A stretch of 64,000 nt of DNA from Selaginella moellendorffii (lineage: Eukaryota; Plantae; Lycopodiophyta): the NCBI RefSeq assembly GCF_000143415.4, contig NW_003314316.1, positions 194,048 to 258,047 on the forward strand, written 5' to 3'. The notes beneath the pieces were generated by a model. That model saw only the letters and a program-made list of their open reading frames with translations. It was not told the origin of the DNA and did no database searches. How positions within the stretch are numbered: the first letter of the stretch is position 1; every line of letters begins with the position of its first letter. This document shows, piece by piece, positions 11,874-24,900 of this stretch. A program made the position numbers and the translations under genes.

Positions 11874-13890
11874 ATAAACCCCTCCCCCACCCCCTTTTGA
11901 GCTTTTGCCCCATGATTTATATTATTTGGACTTGACTTTAGACTTGGTCTCATCTAATTAACTTTTTATCATTTCAGTTGTGATTTTAGGGATCCTTTAG
12001 CATATGACACCTCGAGGAGCTAGTTTTTTACAACTCCACCACCTATAGAAAAAATTTATTACCCACATCAAACATATTTATTCAATTCTACAACTTATTG
12101 ACAATGGCTTCGAAGGCATCCTTCAACTTAACAATATGCCTAAATTAGTGTCCTCAACTAAGAACTTATGACACTGAGATATAGATGTCTCTATACCCTT
12201 CATCTCACCTCACCCTAGTAAAATATTGGGACTTAAACCTAGTTTTGCTTTACTAGAGGGTTAGGACTCGGATCTAACCTTCGTATAATATGTTTATGAA
12301 TTCAACATCCCTTTAAAGAATTAAGTGTTGCTCCTTACGTTTGGTCAACCTAACTAAACCCATATTAATTAGTTTATTGTTGGTGTGCCATAGGACCCAA
12401 CTTGGGACATTTCTCAATTTCTCAAATAAATGTCTTAATTGAACTTTATATGAGTATATAAAGTTTTACCTCATAGAAATTACTCACTAGATCTCATGCA
12501 ATCACCAAATTCTCCTTTAATTTCTATGTTTCTTCACAAAATGGAAATTTTTTCCACTTCATATGAAACTTTTTCACCTCATATCCTTGTCACATGCTTT
12601 TGTAAAAATTGAGGATGGCTTTGACTTCATATTCATTTTCCTTGGATAACCTTGGGTAAGGGTTTTACTTGGTCTTTGTGAAGTAGATCCTCAAAGTATA
12701 ACTTGAGTAAATTTATATGGAACACAAGGTGTATCTTCCCCATCTCCTGGAAAAGTCGAAAGCAGTAAGCCACCTTACCAATTCAAGCCTTGATTTTATA
12801 GAGCCCCACAAATCTATTTAAAGAACTTAAAATCACTTCATTCTAGGAATACATGCACTTTACCTTTGAATTAATTTCTAGATAATCCCACTTGGTAATA
12901 TTAAATTCTTGATGTTCAACCACACTTTCTCTCTAAGTCGGAACTCTATGTATTTAGACTTTTGGTTTGCATATTTAATTTGCTTTTGTTAAGCCCATTC
13001 TAAACAATCCTTCATCAGATTCCAAATGTTGAATTTTTTTGCCATAAATGCCTCTACTACTAGTAACTTTCCATAGTACTTGGTTACACCAAGTTTTATA
13101 AGATTTTCAATAGTTTGTCTATTGATGACTTTTTATGGACTCACCCCAATATTCAAATGTGGTGAGTTGTTGTAATATATTTCTACAAGTCTTAAATGAC
13201 TTATTCAATTAGTTTTGTTTCTTAAGACATAGCATTACAAATAATCCTCCAGTTGCCTATTCATCCTTTTTGTTTGCCCATCTATCAAGAAGTGTTATCA
13301 CTATCATACTTGACTCAATACTTATTACCTGTCTATAGGTGATAGGTTGTACTATTCTAAAAGAGTTCTCTCGAACGTGTTGGTGAAAATCTTATCTCAA
13401 TATAAGATTATTTCTTTTAGCCTTTCCCACACTTGAATTACTTATTCAAAGGACAACTTCACTACACCTTTTGCATCCACTTCTATTGTGATGGGTATGA
13501 AATATGTTATTTTAAAAAACTGATCCACCACCATGAATATCACATCATACCTTTAACTTGGGGGAAGTCCTATAATGAAGTCTATTGTAAGACATTTCCA
13601 TGGACAATCAAGGATTGGAAGGCTTTGCAAAGCTTTATTACCCTTAGTCATAGCCTTCACTTGTTGATATTTGCCATATCTTGCAAAAAGTCCATCATAA
13701 CACTCTTCTAAGGCCACTTTTCTTAGTTTCTCTTGTGGAATATACACCTTTATTTGCTTATAATAAATGAGTTTATTGCATTCCATATAACCAGTATTTT
13801 CTTCCTTATGTGGCTTGCCTCTTTAGTAAGTATCTTGTGCCTCTAAGTTCCTTAGGAACATTTCTTGTGTTAGACTATTATCTTCATATG

Positions 13891-14527
13891 TGTAAGCTCC
13901 AGAATTTGGACTTCTCGGAAGTTACCCAACCTAATACTATTCAAACCCAAGGATATTCAACCCTAAGTATCCCAAATAGGGTGCATTTTTTATTCATGGG
14001 CCCTTTCCCTCTATATTTGAATTCTAGGGACTGTCTTTCGAGTTGTTCCCTTCGGTTGTTTACAATCCACCATGCTTTTTTGCAAGTTCATGCCTTCGTG
14101 AATAGAAGTTGAGAGCCGCAGCTCTCCCAAGAGCCCCACTCTTTTGACACTTATTCACACCCTCATGAACGAAAGCTGAGAGCCACAGCTCTCTCAAAAG
14201 CCCTGCTCTCTTGACACCTTCCCCTTGGGTCAAGCCTAGTGAGAGCAAATTAGACCTGCCAGATGTCAATCAATATGTGGTGTGATTCCCCTAGCTAGCT
14301 AACAAAGTCGGACCCGAGACCCCTCTGATACCAAATGTAAGCTCTAGAATTTAGACTTCCCGGGAGGTCACCTAACCCAGTACTATTTAAACCCAAGGAT
14401 GCTTAACCTTAAATCCCAAGACCCTTAACCAATTGGAAAAGGGGGTGCACTCTTATTCATGGGCCCTTTCCCTCTATATTTGAATCCCATAAACCGTCTC
14501 TTGAGTCATTCCCTTTGGTTGCTTACA
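13891..14527 (-). mobile_element. Cassandra-type TRIM with 5S rRNA-derived A-box/IE/C-box in both LTRs
   Basis: LTRs 13891-14064 and 14336-14527, each TGTAA...TTACA. PBS TGGTATCAGAG on minus strand at 14323-14333; TSD ATATG/ATATA. Reverse complement of 14354-14408 is GGTTAAGCATCCTTGGGTTTAAATAGTACTGGGTTAGGTGACCTCCCGGGAAGTC, matching the plant 5S internal promoter region. Confidence 0.85.
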
Positions 14528-17500
14528 ATATATTGTCTGCACATCATCTCAAAAAAGTTGTTGTTACACTGAATACCACCAACTTCAAGTTTTCTTTCTA
14601 ACTTAGAACATTCGCCATGATATTGTTCTTCCTAGGTTTATACAAAATCTCACAATCAAACTCAACTAAAATATTGACCTATTAACTCTATTTTCCTCAA
14701 AAGTTGGGTTGTGATAAGAAATGTTTTATTGTTATATTATTTGTGTATACTTTAAGTGCCTCCCAAGGTAGTGTCGCCACTCCTTGAGTGCCTTGACCAA
14801 CATAAATAGTTTGTTTTCATGAGTAGGCCACTTTGGCTAAGCTTTGTCCAACTTCCTTAAGAAGAATGCCACTAGGTGATTATTTACTTCAAAATTATAT
14901 TCAACATAAAATTTAACACATCTATTTCTACTTTACAGTTTACCAAAGTTTATACTCACTTCCTCAGTTTCCCTTTGATGTGGACAAATGTTGCCTCATA
15001 TTTTGCTATCCATACCATTTTCTCTTTTCTTGTTTGATCTATTTAAGACAAAGCTACTCTTGAATAGTGTTTAATGAACTTCAAATAATAATTTTATAAC
15101 CCCAAAAGTGCCCTTAATTTGTGTATATTTGATGGTTATTTCCATTTCTAGATTGTTTGAACCTTTTCAGAATCCACCTTGAACACGTCTTTGCCTACTA
15201 CATGCTTGAAAAACTTTACCTCTTATTGAGCAAAGTCACACTTGCTCTCTTTAATGTACAACTTGTGTTCTTTTAGTTTCTCAAACATTTTTATTAGGTG
15301 TTCGGTATGCTTCTCTAGTGTCTTACTATAAACCAGGATATTGTCAATATAAATGATTATGAAGTGATTTAGATAGGGTACAAAGATGTGGTTCATTAGC
15401 ACTAAAAATGTTGTTAACACATTGCACAGCACAAAGGGCATCACTAAGAACTCAAAGTTTCCATATATGTCCTATAAGCTGTCTTCTCGACGTCTTCTTC
15501 AGCTACTCTGATCTAATAATATCTTGACTTTATGTCAATTCTTGAGAAGTATTTTGCCTTTCCCAACCTATTGAATTGGTCCTTAATCCTTAGTGAAAGA
15601 TACTTGTTCTTCTTTACATACTTATTGAGCAATTAGTAGTTTATACATATTTTTCTTTTTCAAAAATAATACTAATCCCCATACAACAACTTGCTCAACC
15701 TAATATACCCTTTATTAACAAACTCCTCAAATTGGCATTTGAGCTTTTCAAATTCCTTTTCATTTAACCAATAGAGGGGACAAATCATTGCTTTAGCACC
15801 CTCAACCAACTCAATCTTATGTCGAGCATGAGTAGCCCTACTAACAACTCCTCTAGCATGGTATTTCGAGATTAATTTAACACTTGTTAAATCACTAAAG
15901 GCACTTCCTTTGTTCCTATCTTTTCGTCGATTTTTATCAAAAGTAAGTACAAAAATATTGTTTTGATTCCTTTAGCAAGCTGTCTTCTTGTAAATACTAG
16001 ATTCAAACAAGAGTCCTTAAACCTACTTTGCCCTATCTTTAGATTCTAAGCCTTCACCTTAAATTGTTCTCTAAGGGCATTTGCTAATACCATTAGGTTC
16101 TTACCTTATCCATGCAAAGCTATTAAAAACCAATAAAACTAATCCATCCTAAAGATTACATAAAATCCTATCATGTTCAAAACAGTGAAATATATATCCA
16201 CTTTCCACATCTCTACTTTCACTCTTGCTTATTGAAGTACCTTATCGGTGCTTTGCTTACTTTAAATAAACTCTATGGCCCTTGATATTCTCAGCTACTG
16301 CACCATTAGTTCAACTTGCCAGACTGTATCTTCAACTATAAAATTTTCTTAAGCACCCATGGCAATAAAAATCTTAATAGAGCTACCTTTAAACTTCCCT
16401 CAAAGGGCTTAGATGTTGTGAGTAACTCTCTACCAAAGTTGCTTGCGAAATGAGTAACTTTGAGCTAAGAATTAGATCACATACCTCCATTTAAACTTCA
16501 TCCGACTTAATAACCATATTCATCTTGGCCTTCTTTAGGTAGGGACATTTTCTAGAAAAGTGTTCAACTTCACTACAATTGAAATATATATTATTCTCAC
16601 ACTATTAGTGGATTTGACTTTTTTATTGGTAGGTTTGTCTCTCCTAATCTGACTCTCCCACATGCTTACTTTCTAGCTATTGCTACCTTTTTGAAACCTC
16701 GAGAATTCATTCTTAGAGAAACTCTTTTTAAATTTTCCTTTTCCATACATCCCTCTTATTCTAGATCCCTTGCTAAATGTGGACTTGACCAAGTTGAATT
16801 TTTTTTTCCAAATTATCATTAAAATCCATCTTAATTACTACATTCAATACTTCCTTATAGTTTGTCAGATTTCAGCACATCACCTCGCCCCAAGCCTACG
16901 TCTGCAAGCTTAATATAAAATCATAAAACACATCCATATCACCCATATCCGTGATAAAGATCCTCTTGGCTATAAATGCATTCATATATTCTTGAATGAT
17001 TCCTATTTTCCTCAATCTACTCAGTTCATTCCTCATATGTAAAGTAATATTTTGGGGAACATAAATTACTTAGATCCTCACCTTTATCATTTCCTAAGTG
17101 GCCACTAGTTCTTTTGCCTCTATCATTCTCCACCAAAACTTAATATTGTTTACTAAGATAATTTTTCGTATGGGACCTTTTCCAAATTTAGTAACCATGA
17201 CATTCAAAAATAATCCTCTATATCATAAAATTAATCCTCCACCACTTTATAGTCATTCACTCCTTTAAAGACTAATAGAAGCTTTGGTTTGTACTTGGGA
17301 ATTACTTAAGGGATTGACTCTATCTCAATTTATTCGACTTTGTTCAATCCTGTTTCAATGTCTGCCAAAGGGTCCATACCTTTTGTATTATTAGTAGTTG
17401 TTGTCTTTTGTTTTTTCTTCGTTTCTCATCATGCTTTAGCTTGCATATAAAGGTCTCTAACAAGGCATTGGTATGTGCTAATTATTCTTTTAGAGCATCC

Positions 17501-18201
17501 AATCAAGCCTTGGATGACCAAACTTTGCCACAAAATTTATCCATAGCTTTTTATTCAACCAAAGGCTCCATCTCTAGAAGAGGTTTTGTCTCTACATTAG
17601 TGCATTACTTTCCTTTAGCTATCTTCCAATAATTTGCCTCTATCCTTCACTAGAATTAAGAAAAATGTTCAAATTGTAAACCACAAATTTTCCTTTTCCA
17701 ATTTTGCTAGTATACCTCTTATATCCGACCATTTTTGATTCTTTTACCAAGGTTCATACTTATTATACCAACTTCTACTTGGATCTATTTAGATTCAACT
17801 ACTCATTACATAAGTAATAAATATAACCATCCATCCATGAATTCCTAAATTTTCTCTCAATCCCCCTTTTTGAGATAAATTGGATCTAAAATTCAACTAC
17901 ACTCCCCATAGGCATAAGCAGCCAAACACATCAAGCCTCTAGGTTTTTAACATCCCTTGATACAATAAAACTTGATCATGGGACCCTTTAAATCCCAAGC
18001 CTTGGATGCATTTCTTATTTCAAAACCCTGAAAGTAAACATCATAGCTTGAAAGCTTAATATAGGTACCCTTACTCCCCTATCTCTATCCCAAAGGTAAA
18101 GCCCAAGCCTCTAGGAAGGAGCAAGGACTAATAAGCTACATAGTACTCAAGTGGGGCAGCATTTCATATAAACCAAAAACACCATTATCAATTTCCCTTC
18201 T

Positions 18202-18472
18202 AGAAGTGGAAGTTGCTCTTGAGCACTTTTTTGGGAGGCCTCTTTGGCATCTCTCGAGTCCATGCTCATTCTCACTTAACCTTAACTCAGTTTAGAAGTG
18301 CCACTAGAGAAGAACAAGCTATATAAGTTCATGGTATAGAAGTGAGAGTTGCTCTTGAGCACTTTTTTGGGAGGCCTCTTTGGCATCCCTCGAGTCCATG
18401 TTCATTCTCACTTAACCTTAACTCAATTTAGAAGTACCACTAGAGAAGAACAAGTTATATGAGTTTATGGTA
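18202..18472. repeat. ~135-bp tandem duplication within LTR-like sequence
   Basis: AGAAGTG...GAGCACTTTTTTGGGAGGCCTCTTTGGCATC...GTTCATGGTA occurs twice in tandem, nearly identical. Confidence 0.9.
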
Positions 18473-18994
18473 GATGATTGTCATCATTTAAGACAGAAGA
18501 AGAGAGAAGCTTATTAAACCTCAATCCCTAGGGAAATGATGGATTAGGAAAATGAAATGTGGGTGAAAGGGATTTATTATACCGCCTTAGCATGAAGCTT
18601 ATAATAGCATTAATGGTGTTTAACATACTACTTGGAGGGTTGGCAATATTTAGGGAGGAGCCTATTTTGAATCAAATAGACCAACCTCCCAACCCTTAAG
18701 GTATTCCATCCTTAAATCCCTAGGTTATGAGATATTTTTAGAATATTCTTGTAGTTTATATCATTCTCCCTCCCTTATGAACTAGCCACAAAAAACAAGC
18801 TAAATGAGCCTCACATGAAGTGAGTCCAAGGCAATATGGCTATGGATAAAAAATATATACATAGTAACACCAACATCATGACAAACGGCTATAAAAAAAA
18901 CAAAGTAAATATGACAATACAGTTATGGAAATAAAGGAATGAGAATAGAGTAAATAGTTCAAATTATATAGCAATACAGCTTTAAAACTCAATT

Positions 18995-21900
18995 TTCCCC
19001 TTCCTAAAGAATGTCATCCAAATCATAACTAAAACTTGGAAACACTTTCATGTTATTCTCAAATTCCCATATAACTTCATCTATAGAATAGCCATTCCAT
19101 TGAACTAACAACTTTCAAGTTGTCTTATGGCATGTTTTCACCAATCTTTGAGAAAGAATATTGGTTGAATTAGCCTTCTCAACATTAATCTCTAGGACTT
19201 AGATGATGGATTGATCCACATGTAAACGACTATTCTACTTTAATAACTTAACCCCACTTTTGACTACTTAGAGGAATCTCACTCACAACCTTCATAAATC
19301 ATATTCCTAACTTGGGGGACATGTTAGTCCCATGAATAGCATCTATGCCACTTAGCCTTTGCACTTGGTCTAAGTGTTTTATATGTTTAATCCCATGATA
19401 GACACCCAAATATACCACTAATATATTAGTATGTTATGCTAAAACTATATCCATTCACCTTTGTCTCGTGAGTAGTCTAAAACCACTTGTACCACAATCT
19501 CGTCTCCTAAAAAGCTATTCGTCTGCAAGTGGTCATCCCATGACCACACCTTAACATCATTATAATGCCTAGAGACATAGGGAGCACCCTTCCCTAATAT
19601 CCCTTTTTCAGTCCACACTAAATCCCTTTCAGACCATATCCTTGCTCACCAACACTATTATTGGGTCAAGCCCAAAGGCTTAACCACTATGTCTTGTTGA
19701 CCTCTGAGACATGACTTTATCCTTGGTCACTACACAAGAGGATTGTTCCTCTTCCTTTCTATAGTTTAGGGCTTTTAAACAATATCTCAAAACACTACAA
19801 CTCTACATAAGTCTCATAGGTACTCTCCCCACCTTCTGCCTTTGAGTGCCCTAGCCATGTGACTAGAACAAGATTCTGATGAGCTATACTAGGTATCTAA
19901 GTAGGTAGTGCCACCCACACTTGAATTGGGAGCATTAACCATTTGATTTCTCGAGGGAACTAAAGCCGATTTTTAAACACTTCATTAACTTACCTTTTTT
20001 GTCTATTTATATTCACTCTAGCCTTGAACTCCTCAATGATTATATCATCACCCACCATGTGGGTATAGCCTTTATGGGTCACACTAGCTTTTCCTAGCCT
20101 TTCCTGGCCAAATTCCCTTTTATACTTTTGGAGCTCACCAAACCCCTCAGGGTCTAGGAGACAATTGCTTTGGGCTTTCACTCTCAGACTCAGACTCAGA
20201 TTTGGACTCGAACTTAGACTCAGACTTGAACTTAGAGTCACACTCAGTCTCAATCTCAGTCTCAGTCTCAGTCTTGGTCTCAGTCTCAGTCTCGGTCTTG
20301 GTCTCAGTCTCGGTCTCGGTTTCGGTCTCAGTCTTGGCCTCAACTTCAGACTTGACCTTGGACCCAGTCTCAGTCTCCATCTCAGACTCAACCTTGGACT
20401 CCATCTTGGGTCCATCTTAGACTCCATCTTTGGTCCATCTTGGACTCCATCTCGGGTTCATCTCAGGTCCATCTTGGGTTTATCTCATGTCCATATCAGA
20501 CTCCATCTTGGACTCCATCTCAGTTCCATCTTAGGTCCATATTGGACTCCATCTCAGATTTCTTCTTAGACTCCTTCTCGAATTCCATCTTAGACTCCTT
20601 TTCGGACTTCCTGACACTTCCATATGTCAAAACACTTGCCATGTGTCAATCGTTCTTGTGTCCCTTTTGAAAGACTTATTCACCAATTGTTTTGTACTTA
20701 TTCCTCGAGCACTTTATTTGGAGTTCTACTCCCACTCTCAACTTTCTAAGTTAGAACTTTTGGTCCAAATATGTTATGCTTATTGGACTTCTATTTCAAC
20801 CATTACCATGTGGCACCCTTTCGGCTCCACTTTGTGGCTTAAGGATTTGTGTCTCACAACTCCACCACTCATAGACAACATTTGATATCCTCATCGAACA
20901 ATAAACCATTTTATAAAGTAATCCCATTATAGATTATCATTTTCATTTTTAGCACTAAGCTAATATTCGTCAATGGTTCAACACCAAAGGCTCATTATAC
21001 CTTGCCTATCCTCTAAGGAGTATAGTTTTTTCCAACTTAGAGTCTCATTAAATCACTAGTGGTAGTTTTCTACCTTTAGTTGTTTAGTTCTTGTTAAACC
21101 CATTAGAGACACCTTCTATATTTCAATTTTACTATTCATTCTAAAGTAGTTTTGGCCTCCACTAACATAATTATCACATCTTAGAACTTTAATATTGACA
21201 TTTCAAGTCAATTTCCTAGGTGTGTTTAACACCTTACATTGCATCGGTTATGTAAACACCACTTCCCCATCCTAGGAAGTTTTTTACTTGAGGGCACCAT
21301 CATCCTTTTTTTTATTTCATACCACCTTTGGCACTAAATTCCATTTATCTATAATTTATATTAAAGTTATCCATAGCTCTATCATTTGGCTACTTTACTG
21401 CTCCATCTTTTAAAGCTTTCACCTTTGCCAAATTAGAGCATTTGGGAATTTATCCCTAAAAATATATTTCTTTTCCCATAATGGGTCATGGAAATCATTA
21501 GAAGGAATCTAAATAACAAATTAGGCAAAAAATATCCAAATGGTAAATACTAATGGCTTATTGTTTACCACTAGTCTTTATTCCTATCCTTTGATTATTG
21601 CACTATGCAATATAAGATTATTACCTCCATCCTTGAGGTATTTTCTTAGTTCCATAACAAAGGCTTTGTTTTGCCAAGTCTAAAGGTCTCTTTAGCATTA
21701 TCTACTATGGGCTTTATCCATTACTCAATTTTGTGACCCACCCATGAGTATTTTCTTAGAGACTATTTTTTGAGACTTACAATATTATTGCATTGCCACA
21801 ACTCATTTCTTTTATGTGTCCTTCCCACTTAGTCACCTTGACTAAGCCATACCATTACCAATAGTTCAAATCAACACTTCGAACTAAGAACTTTATTGAA
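18995..21900 (-). mobile_element. Degenerate chromodomain-bearing LTR retroelement B (possibly non-autonomous)
   Basis: Chromodomain-like KLLVQWNGYSIDEVIWE (~19060-19115) followed by purine tract TAGGAAGGGGAAAA (~18993-19006). Upstream decayed ORF contains an acidic repeat; no RT motif recognised. Confidence 0.55.
20176..20610. repeat. Hexamer (CTCAGT/CTCAGA) array followed by a GGACTCCATCTT/GGTCCATCTT minisatellite
   Basis: Directly visible; minus frame reads ...KTETETETETETK...ESESESES. Confidence 0.9.
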
Positions 21901-21999
21901 TAAAATCACAAGAACTTTATCCTTGTTTAGCCATAAAATCACATAATGATTTAACCTTAACACTTTAACAAGTTTGCCAATAGATAATAAGTCTTCTAG

Positions 22000-24900
22000 A
22001 CTTTTAAGTTATTGACCATGATTTCGAGGGCATCCCTCATACTTGGCAATATGCCCAAGCTAGCGCTTTTAGCCAAGGGTCCATAACAATTGAGACTGGG
22101 TGTTCTTATCTCATTCATTATATATTTAGTACTATTTGTACCAAAGTGTTCAAGTTAAATATGTTGAGTTTTCACATGAAATAATCTAACCATGCATAAT
22201 GACTTTGGGGCATCCCCCACTTGGTGGTGTGCCCAAGCTAGCCTCCATACTGTGAGTTTATAACCACCAAAAACATGAGTGTCCTTATATTCTAACTCAT
22301 CATCACACCTTAGTGAGTTGGGACTCAAACCCAAGTATTAGAGAGTTGGGACTCGAACCTAACCTCCATATATGCATCTACAGGTAGCATCACCCAGGAT
22401 GTTTGGTGTGAGTTCTTATGCCGATATGCCAACTTATGTGTAATGCACACTACAAATCACAGCTTAAGAACTTAATTCCTTTGAACTTCCAAATCCTCTC
22501 ACTTTAGAAGCTACATGACTAGCTTGTAATCATGCATAGACTCCTCCATGTTTGGTCTCATGGGCCACCCTCTTGAAGTTATTACCTTCAACTAGGTTTT
22601 TGTTAGTCCGACTTGCCAATCCCATTTAACAAGTTACCCAATCAGCATAACATAGTTCTTTGCATAAGTGTGAAAATCCTCAAATATCAACTTTTGTTTA
22701 AATTTATTTCTTTGAACACTTGGGAATTATTTCCCAAATTTTGATAGCCTCGTCTTATAGCAAGTTTCAAAACCACATTTCTGTTATGCCACTTTGATTT
22801 TGCATATCCATATGAACCATTTACACTTGGCTTTCTAAGTATTAACTTACCCAGAATTGTCTTTAAGAGCATTGAAAGGACTTTATCCCTTAGCTTGCTA
22901 AAGTTTCTCCTTTTGTAAGCTTCTTCATTACCACATGGTTTAATATTAGCAATTCCATGTATTTAGACACACCATAGCATCACAATTGTTAGTAGCAACA
23001 CCTTCAAACACCCATTTGATTCTCCACTCTCAATTTGTATAGCCATTTTTGGCTATACCATTCAATTCTATCCCTTTATTATTTGCTTTTGGCCTCACAT
23101 GTTTTCTTCAATTATTCTCCTCTAGACTGAGAGGATAGCTTTACACTTTCTACCATGCTTTAGCAAATATTCTTAAAGATGAACTGACCTAATAGCGTAG
23201 GGAGTGGTTTTTCAATTTGGATATACTCACCTTATTATCCCACATATCGGGATTAACATTACTATTTATAAACCTTTATATGTTCGTTATTAGCATTGCT
23301 AAAATTTTTTTGGCTTTGTCCAATTCAAATGGATGGACTTTTCCTGTCTCCACAACCTCAGATGTTAGATAGCACCTCCTATCTGTTATTCACTAGCGAC
23401 TTAATTCTTTGGGCGTTATCTAATACTCTAATGATACCAAACATCATTTTCTGGTGTTTTAGAGTGTTTAAATGTCTTAATGATGGCTTTATTTGACAAT
23501 GAATATTTCCTTTTATGACATTGACTCATTATATCTCAACATAAGCAATTTATCCCTCAAGGGATATATCTAACCTCCTTATTATCCCAATAAGAAGTTT
23601 TATGAAGTTAGCTTCCACCAATTCAATTATTATGCCTCACTTTTTGTTTATTTACTTTATAGTCATCAAGTCCTACAACTCATTGCTAATGCTTTCACAC
23701 CTTTATCATTATTTGAGTCCATGCATTCTAATTGCATGCATTATAGCTTAAGTGATGCCAATCCCATTTCCATTGGGATTTCTTTGGCAAAAGGTTTTTA
23801 TAAACCAACCAACTTGATTCCAAAACCTCATCCTTTAAAATATTTAGTGTCTCTACACTATCGACCCTATGAGCCTACTCTCACGACACTACCCACTTGT
23901 ATTTAGGTCTTGCTATGACCATAATAGTCATTTCTTATATCAACTATTAGTTAGCACTACAACATAGTGTTCATATACCACCTTTCGCCAAAGTTGCTTT
24001 TTTCTGTGAACACTTTTTCCCACGACTTTAGTATAGCCTATCTGCCTGCCCAGGAAGCTCTACACATCATTCACACACTTCAGAGCAGAGTACTTTTAAA
24101 TAGCCACAAGTTTGTCATGATCAACTTGCAAACCCTCACGAGAAATACATTACCCAAAATAAGTGTCCTTGGACCCAAACACACACTTCGACCACTTCAA
24201 CTTTAAACTAACTTCCCATAGTCAATCTAACACTTTACGAATATCACAAATATATTCCTCCCATGTCCCGTCCGAGTGGATCAAGATATCATCAATGAAG
24301 TCATTAGTCACCTTTAGCATATTGCAAAAAATGTCATCCATCATCCGCTAGAAAGTCGCTAGAGCATTGTTCAAACTAAATGACATCACTAAGAATTTAT
24401 ATAAACCAAACTTGTATAAACTAAATAGTGTACAAAAAATAGTCTTAGGAATATCTTCTTTGGCCATCGGTACTTGCCAGTACCTAGAAGCAAGATCTAG
24501 CTTGGTGAACTGACTTCTCCCTAGACAATCCAAGAAATCAGTAGTGTAAGGAAGAGGGTACACATTCGGGATCATCATTTCATTTAATGAATAATAGTCG
24601 ATGCAAAAATGACTACTCCCATCAAACTTCATTATAAAACAAGGTTCACATGCCTAAAGACTCTGCGACTTTTAAATAACACCCTTTTCCAACATCTCAT
24701 TAATGTTTGCACATAAAATCTTGATTTCTTTGGATGACCAATGACAAATAAGAACCTTGATTGGATGAGCATCCCCAGTTGGAATCAAATGACATGTGGT
24801 AATCTTAGCCCCAAACGATAGATTAAATTCAAAGAGATCAACATACTCCTTCATGAGCTGGTCAATTAATGTAACACAAAGACCGTTAGAGGGATTGGAA

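Larger units (their letters stand above)
10550..18990 (-). mobile_element. Degenerate Ty3/Gypsy (chromovirus-like) LTR retrotransposon A, carrying nested TRIMs
   Basis: Minus-strand order: gag (~16500-17400), protease (~16100-16400), RT (MPFVLCN...YIDNILVYS, 15223-15444), RNase H (~14600-14900), integrase (PWKCLTIDFIIGLP, 13553-13786), 3' domain ~12500-12800, polypurine tract 11879-11898. Direct repeats at ~10550-11170 and ~17675-18310. Confidence 0.85.

Noticed and set aside
19990-20569. Poly-RL, poly-SL and poly-SV ORFs
   Set aside because: Alternative frames of the hexamer repeat.
20176-20610. CRISPR-like periodicity
   Set aside because: Eukaryotic minisatellite with no unique spacers or cas genes.
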